DNA from: a virus | Length of the DNA stretch: 64,000 nt | IMG/VR virus record: IMGVR_UViG_3300009151_000043 | Span: 31,419-95,418 of that record | Strand: one strand, 5' to 3' | Part shown: in pieces, positions 58,727 to 64,000 of the stretch | Layout: each line of letters starts with the position of its first letter | Position numbering within the stretch: position 1 is the first letter of the stretch | Program-made: the position numbers and the translations under genes | Notes under the pieces: model-generated | Database searches by the model: none | What the model was told of the DNA's origin: nothing | The model's input: only the letters and a program-made list of their open reading frames with translations

Positions 58727-60979
58727 TTAAATCTCCATGCCGTCTTCTTTAGTCATGTTGATAGAAAGTTCTGGAGACTTACGTTTGAGGAAGATAACTA
58801 GATCTCCCATATTCTTGAATACGCTCGTAACCAACTCCACAAGCTCTGGCAAATCGCCACGACCATACATTTCTTTAAACTTGTCTGTCTCCCAATGGAG
58901 CAGGAATATAATTCTGCCTAACCTATCCATCGACTCCACAATAGATGGTAAGTATTCAGAGATCTTATCGCCAACACTCACATACTTGGCTAGTGCGCCT
59001 ATCATATGTGTATCAAAGATTTCTTTCTGCCCGTTTTGGGCTAGCTGCACAGCTTGTGTGACATACTGAGGATCAACTCCTTTAATTTCAGGCATTGTAC
59101 CCAAGTCTTGTCTGGTTGGGTTACCTGTGTAGCTGTCCATAGTAGGTAAACTATTTTCCTGCCCAACACCTACAGTAGTCTGCTGCCCAAACTCATTTGT
59201 GTACGGCTGCTCTTCAAAAGGCTGAGGGTAGATGTCTCCTGTGTAGGCTAGCTTAACGTGACCTTTCTTGGAGAAGCCTGGTACAAGACTATCGATAAGA
59301 TCTGACCCTACCTTCTCATCAAGCCCCAAATCCGTAACCATCGCTATTTTGGCTTTAATAGGGTCTTCGTATTTCTTTTTGGCTCCGTTGATGTCTACGA
59401 AATACTCGCTACCGTTCGTATGTACAGTCATAGGGAACACGTTCTTGTCCCTAAGCATACCGTGCAACGTGCCTGGGTATCCTGGCTCTCCACGCACAAG
59501 CTTTTCTTTTTCTTCCTCGGCCTCGCGCTTACGCTTGTCCTGATCCTCTTTATCCTGTTTGGATAATGAACTATCTGGGTACATAGGCATAGTGTGCCTT
59601 GCGTGGTCGGCTGGGGTAATCTTCAACAGCTTGTATCCAGCTGGAACATACAGCATCTTATCTTTGTATTCAAAACGATCACCCTGTTTCTTTGTCATCA
59701 CCAGCATTATTTCCTGCATCTTTTTAGGGTGATCGTAATAGTTGCCTCTGGGGAGATCATGTACGCTGCCGGGTTTATCCCATTTGCCTCCTTTGTCTCC
59801 TCGATCGCACCAGTTGGCTTCGCTGTACGGCTCTACAGAAATTCTTCTGATCCCTGAAGCGTCTTTGAAGTTAGCGTTGATGCGGAATGGTTGAGTGGCT
59901 TTTAAATTTTCATTAATCAGAATATAGGTATTCGTGTAGCCTGGTTTACCTTCTGCAGCATCCACCATCATCTTATGGATGACTGAGTAGTCGTTTACTT
60001 TGATCTGGTCTTTGATGAAGACTCCTTTGTGATCTTTGATGTACGTCGTGCCCTCCTTTGAGTCTAGATCGACTACTAGTGTGTCATCTGTAGCAAAGTC
60101 CTGCTGCAGCTGCTTTGGGCGAACAATAAGTAGACCGTAGCGTAAACCACCCATTTTGGTCACATAAGAGTAAAAACCAGATTCACTAGGGTTGGTGAAC
60201 TTCTTAAGATAGTCCACAGCGCCAAAAGTAGATTTTTGGTTAGGCTCACGATCGTCTACAATCACATAACCCTGAGTAAGCAGTGTTTCTTTATCGGACT
60301 GTGTGAGCTTTTTAACCTCGTCTTTGTCGCTAGGTTTTACGACTTTAACAAGCTCGATCTTCTTTGCAGCTGTGTCAGACTTACGGTACTTGTCCCCGTC
60401 TTCCAAGGCAATGGCTTTGGCCACCTTCTCTAGAGTGTAAAAGCGTAACAAAGACTCACAGAACTCCGCATCTTTCTCAATAAGCTCGCTAAAGGCTTTC
60501 TTTGTAGCGTTGTCTGAGTCTTCCACATAGTCCAATACAGAAGCAATGGCGTATCTGCCTGTACGGGGAGGAACACTCATCTGCCTATAATCGCCTTGGG
60601 TGGCGTCCCGCATGATGTCTGTTCTACTTTCTTTAGAGTTTTCTCCCAGGCCCAACAATTCATCTTTAATAAACATGTCAGCAAAATCCTCGTTTAAAGG
60701 ATAGAATTGCTCATTGTTCTTACTATACAAAAGATCAAGGGTTTTAACCTTACCATTAATAAAAAATGCCGGAACAAACAAGATTTGGCCGTTCTTGGAC
60801 CTAAATCCGAAAACCCCTAGAGCCTTGGTATTGTCTTCGTTCTTTTTAACGATTTCAAAACCTACAAGGAAAGGAATCAAATTTTTAAGCGTATCTTGCA
60901 GTTTTTGATAGGCCAACTGAAAGAACGCGCCCTCAATTTGGTCGTCAGCGGCTATTTTTGGTAAAGTTGTATTGCGCAT
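58727..60979 (-). CDS. Hypothetical 750-aa virion/head-associated protein
   Basis: Long ORF with its own promoter; LPKIAA at the N-terminus, plus EKVA and VKLA. Confidence 0.7.
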   Translation of the reverse strand: MRNTTLPKIAADDQIEGAFFQLAYQKLQDTLKNLIPFLVGFEIVKKNEDNTKALGVFGFRSKNGQILFVPAFFINGKVKTLDLLYSKNNEQFYPLNEDFADMFIKDELLGLGENSKESRTDIMRDATQGDYRQMSVPPRTGRYAIASVLDYVEDSDNATKKAFSELIEKDAEFCESLLRFYTLEKVAKAIALEDGDKYRKSDTAAKKIELVKVVKPSDKDEVKKLTQSDKETLLTQGYVIVDDREPNQKSTFGAVDYLKKFTNPSESGFYSYVTKMGGLRYGLLIVRPKQLQQDFATDDTLVVDLDSKEGTTYIKDHKGVFIKDQIKVNDYSVIHKMMVDAAEGKPGYTNTYILINENLKATQPFRINANFKDASGIRRISVEPYSEANWCDRGDKGGKWDKPGSVHDLPRGNYYDHPKKMQEIMLVMTKKQGDRFEYKDKMLYVPAGYKLLKITPADHARHTMPMYPDSSLSKQDKEDQDKRKREAEEEKEKLVRGEPGYPGTLHGMLRDKNVFPMTVHTNGSEYFVDINGAKKKYEDPIKAKIAMVTDLGLDEKVGSDLIDSLVPGFSKKGHVKLAYTGDIYPQPFEEQPYTNEFGQQTTVGVGQENSLPTMDSYTGNPTRQDLGTMPEIKGVDPQYVTQAVQLAQNGQKEIFDTHMIGALAKYVSVGDKISEYLPSIVESMDRLGRIIFLLHWETDKFKEMYGRGDLPELVELVTSVFKNMGDLVIFLKRKSPELSINMTKEDGMEI

Positions 60980-61003
60980 AGTAAATTCTCTGAGATTTAA
61001 TCC

Positions 61004-61032
61004 ATTTTATTGATTTTTTCCTTGTATATCAA
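61004..61032 (-). promoter_or_regulatory. sigma70-type promoter
   Basis: TTGATA-N17-TAAAAT. Confidence 0.65.
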
Positions 61033-61046
61033 GAACCATCTCTACT

Positions 61047-62897
61047 TTAATCCTTCAGACCAAACCCTACACCATAAGCAAGTCCAGGTATCGGACTAGG
61101 TCCTTTGGTGTCTGATGTGGAGCCTTTGTTAACCATATTAACAAACCGTTTAGCCAGGTTAGTACTGTTGAGTACATGCATCCAGTCGGTGTGGTGTTCA
61201 GGGATGTCCACAAGACGTACCATCGCCGGTTCAAAATGTGGGTGCTCATCATGCACTAGCGCAGCCTCTATATCGTGCTCTTTCAGCTCATCAATTACGG
61301 CTGAGGTAATTTTTGTACCTATAGTGTAATGTAATTCTGGTTTTTCTAGATATTTTCCATACGCCAAGTCTAGTCTCAAGTGTTTCGCATCACTTCTGGG
61401 GACATAGTCTTTCTCTATAGCTGAGTAGGATACTACCTGATCTGGTGAGTAGTCCCCTATGCCGTTAGGGTCTGTGATACGTACATGGTCAATAGCTGCC
61501 TTAGCTATCAACTCGAAATTTCTACGGTTTACAGGAAGACTACTGTCATCAAAGGCTTTTTTCATCGCCTGCATATAATACCTCCGACCTTCACCGATCC
61601 CTTTAAGATGTACAACTTCTCTAGGGTCTATTAACCCTGAGCTTAGTACCTGCCCCTGCTCTACGCGCTGCCCTAGTTTAACTTTAGGTTCCTGATCTAT
61701 ACCTACGTAGTGTTCTATATTATTAACAGATATAAAATGCCCTCCTGCTGCAGCAGGGTCTAGCTTTGTGATTATTCCGTCTTCTTGCGCTAGCGGAGCT
61801 TTACCAATAAACGTTTTAGGTACGTTAGCTAGCTGATTGATTAGTTTGAACCCTTGCTGTCCTCCTAGGCTAGTCGCTGCTCCTCCAGAGTGTCTGGCCT
61901 TCATCGCACTTTCTGTAAGTGGTTCAGCCACTGCAGTGCCTGCCACCAACCCAACATAACTATCCATGGCGGCCATACCCTTTTCGCGTCTACCTACACA
62001 CATCTGACAGAGCCCGCCTGAATGATGTTTTTTGTTGGACTGACAAGTCATGGGTGAGCGAATAACGATATTCTTTACCCCCTTATGCTCCAGATCATTT
62101 AGCATCTTGGAAGAGATCTCATTATTCCTGTTATACCCAGAAACAGCCTTAGCCAAATAAGCTCCTACAGATTCTCGATCTTTTACAGGCATACTGATAC
62201 CGTTGGCTGTGTCACAATCTGCCTCTACTATCTGCAGAGGCATCAATGCTCGGGCAAACTGCTTCGAGCCATATCCTCCCTGCGCCACAGATATTTTTTT
62301 AAGTACTTCGCCAGAGCGTGTACCAAAAGATGTGGTTAAATACTCTGGGAGCGTCAACCCTTCAGCATAGGAGCTTTTAATCGGTATATCCATCTTCGGC
62401 TTACCGTCCGCATCGACCACAATTCCTTGGGTAGTTATCGTACCTCTATACTGCGAGGGAGACCCTCGAGAACCTGCCAAAATAATTTTGGCTAAAGATT
62501 TATTTTCTTTTAACCCGATAGCGAGAATATCTTTTTCAATATTCTGCATCATGTCGTTATAATGCTCGAAAATCTTATTGTCCTTTACACTCTTGGATTC
62601 TTTGCCGGCTTCTACAGCGTCTTTAAATGCTTCAAACTTATTCCACAGTTTATCTTTGTCTATAGGTGACACTAGATCCTTCAATGTTAAAGAGGTGCCC
62701 TGCCGTGTAGCCACTTCAAAACCCAGTTTTGTAAGATCAGAAACTATTTTAGCGTACTCGCCAGGGGCTTTATCGGCCAGCTCGGCAAAGAGTTTAGCTA
62801 TACCCTTTTTGTCTAAAAGTGTATTGTCTACAAGATGATGAAATTGAGTAGGTATAAAAAACTTTAACATTACCTGCCCAACGGTAGTGGTAGCCAT
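61047..62897 (-). CDS. rpoC: DNA-directed RNA polymerase beta' subunit, C-terminal half (split, RpoC2-like)
   Basis: TTVGQ, AGSRGS..Q, bridge helix PIKSSYAEGLTLPEY...GGY, zinc site DC..RSPMTC..CQMCVG, trigger loop AEPLTESAMKARHSGG. No NADFDGD motif. Confidence 0.9.
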   Translation of the reverse strand: MATTTVGQVMLKFFIPTQFHHLVDNTLLDKKGIAKLFAELADKAPGEYAKIVSDLTKLGFEVATRQGTSLTLKDLVSPIDKDKLWNKFEAFKDAVEAGKESKSVKDNKIFEHYNDMMQNIEKDILAIGLKENKSLAKIILAGSRGSPSQYRGTITTQGIVVDADGKPKMDIPIKSSYAEGLTLPEYLTTSFGTRSGEVLKKISVAQGGYGSKQFARALMPLQIVEADCDTANGISMPVKDRESVGAYLAKAVSGYNRNNEISSKMLNDLEHKGVKNIVIRSPMTCQSNKKHHSGGLCQMCVGRREKGMAAMDSYVGLVAGTAVAEPLTESAMKARHSGGAATSLGGQQGFKLINQLANVPKTFIGKAPLAQEDGIITKLDPAAAGGHFISVNNIEHYVGIDQEPKVKLGQRVEQGQVLSSGLIDPREVVHLKGIGEGRRYYMQAMKKAFDDSSLPVNRRNFELIAKAAIDHVRITDPNGIGDYSPDQVVSYSAIEKDYVPRSDAKHLRLDLAYGKYLEKPELHYTIGTKITSAVIDELKEHDIEAALVHDEHPHFEPAMVRLVDIPEHHTDWMHVLNSTNLAKRFVNMVNKGSTSDTKGPSPIPGLAYGVGFGLKD

Positions 62898-62899
62898 TA

Positions 62900-63304
62900 T
62901 TAAGCTTGTTTAAGTTTTTTACGGAGTAGATCAAAAAGAGAAGCATGCTTCTGGTTATTAGGATTGTCTCCAAAAGCTTGGGTGGTAGCCATGTCCACGT
63001 TATTGTGCTGCTGATCCTCAGGGACATTCACCTCTTCCTTCTCTTTCTGTAATTGATTTAGCACATCCAGCTCTTTGAAAGCTGGAGACATTAAATTACC
63101 TTCAAGATTCTCAGAAGACTGCTGGTCAGGGGTACTCATCGTGATCTCGTTGTCGTCGAGATCTTCTTCCTCACCGTTGTTGACTGTACCTGTGTCTTTT
63201 AGATCGTTAGCTAACTTATCTTTGATAAAGCAGGCTGCGTCATAGCTTGGGTCCCCTTTCTCAAAGGAGCCCAAATATGCTGCCAGCTTTGTGAAGTCGA
63301 TCAT
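62900..63304 (-). CDS. Acidic hypothetical protein with K-x-A motifs at both termini
   Basis: MIDFTKLAA...QKHASLFDLLRKKLKQA. Confidence 0.7.
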   Translation of the reverse strand: MIDFTKLAAYLGSFEKGDPSYDAACFIKDKLANDLKDTGTVNNGEEEDLDDNEITMSTPDQQSSENLEGNLMSPAFKELDVLNQLQKEKEEVNVPEDQQHNNVDMATTQAFGDNPNNQKHASLFDLLRKKLKQA

Positions 63305-63307
63305 AGT

Positions 63308-64000
63308 CTAGTTAGCTGTTCCCATCGGTGCGCCGTAGATTCCGCCTGTATCCATCATACCTGCGCTTTGCTGCGATTGCTGGGATTCCTGTGCCTGTTG
63401 TTGCTGGTCAGATTCAGCCTTTTGGCGTGTCTGATCCATCTTCTGTTTATGTGTGTCAGCCAACTGCTTAACTTTAAGTAGAGATGCTGTGGCTTGACCT
63501 TTTCCTACAAGGTCCAGCAGCTCGCGCACACTCAAATTAACTTTGACATTATCTAGCTCGTTCTTAGCTTCAATGGCTGAAGACTCCGCCTGCTCCGCGT
63601 CTTGTTGTGTTTCTTCAGGATGAGAAAGCTGCGATGGTCCGCTTGCTTGAGGAGGCATTCCTCCCTGCATTGCTGCAAGCATGTCTTCCTCAGATGCCTG
63701 GGCTTCCATTCCTGGTTGCTGTTGTGCTCCGGCCATCATTTCCTGCACCAGTCCTTGCAGGTGTTTCTCTCTTTCTTCAGGAGGCATGCTTTGCAGCTGC
63801 TGAATAAGCGGCGCGATATGCTGCTGTGCTTCGGGAGGCATTTTTTCAAAAGCTGCCATGATCTCTTGCATTAGCTCTGAGGGTTGCTCTTGTCCTTGAG
63901 CTGGTGGCTGCCCTTGTGCGGCAGGATCTCCCTGAGGAGGTTGCTGAGCTGCCTGCTGTTGAGCTGCAGGATCTCCTTGGGGAGGTTGTCCTTGGGGAGG
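63308..64000 (-). CDS. Q/P/A-rich low-complexity protein, N-terminus outside the window
   Basis: The frame stays open upstream of the track ATG (63871) to the window end: PPQGQPPQGDPAAQQQAAQQPPQGDPAAQG... Confidence 0.75.
   Translation of the reverse strand, partial: PPQGQPPQGDPAAQQQAAQQPPQGDPAAQGQPPAQGQEQPSELMQEIMAAFEKMPPEAQQHIAPLIQQLQSMPPEEREKHLQGLVQEMMAGAQQQPGMEAQASEEDMLAAMQGGMPPQASGPSQLSHPEETQQDAEQAESSAIEAKNELDNVKVNLSVRELLDLVGKGQATASLLKVKQLADTHKQKMDQTRQKAESDQQQQAQESQQSQQSAGMMDTGGIYGAPMGTAN

Noticed and set aside
1-64000. Stop-codon reassignment (TAG to Gln, or TGA to Trp/Gly)
   Set aside because: Standard-code ORFs tile the window, including a 4062-aa gene, and TAG stops are followed closely by new starts. 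The one broken gene is a frameshift, not a read-through.
1-64000. CRISPR array, tRNA genes, IS elements, terminase or portal
   Set aside because: None was recognised by eye. Terminase and portal presumably lie outside the window, although a divergent portal among the hypothetical genes cannot be excluded.

Overview
This window is part of a large (jumbo-type) tailed phage genome with a contractile tail. It is almost entirely minus-strand and tightly packed. In transcription order (right to left) it holds: Q/P-rich proteins; a stand-alone C-terminal half of an RNA polymerase beta' subunit; putative head core/internal proteins; prohead protease; capsid cement and major capsid proteins; neck proteins; a tail sheath split by a frameshift; tail tube; spike/hub; two tail chaperone ORFs joined by a -1 slippery site; tape measure; a sigma-70-family factor; baseplate wedge genes; five paralogous 'N-x(4)-YP' baseplate/fibre genes including a 4062-aa Ig/Fn3 protein; and a tmRNA followed by an unidentified ~310-nt structured RNA. 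The most novel signals are (i) a shared ~28-aa 'GF-x-KRA-x-EYG-L-S' module plus dense K-x-A motifs in head proteins, suggesting a capsid-targeting and protease-processing code, (ii) the structured RNA next to a long-tag tmRNA, and (iii) a phage-encoded split RNAP plus sigma. All product calls come from reading motifs and gene order by eye; no database search was run.
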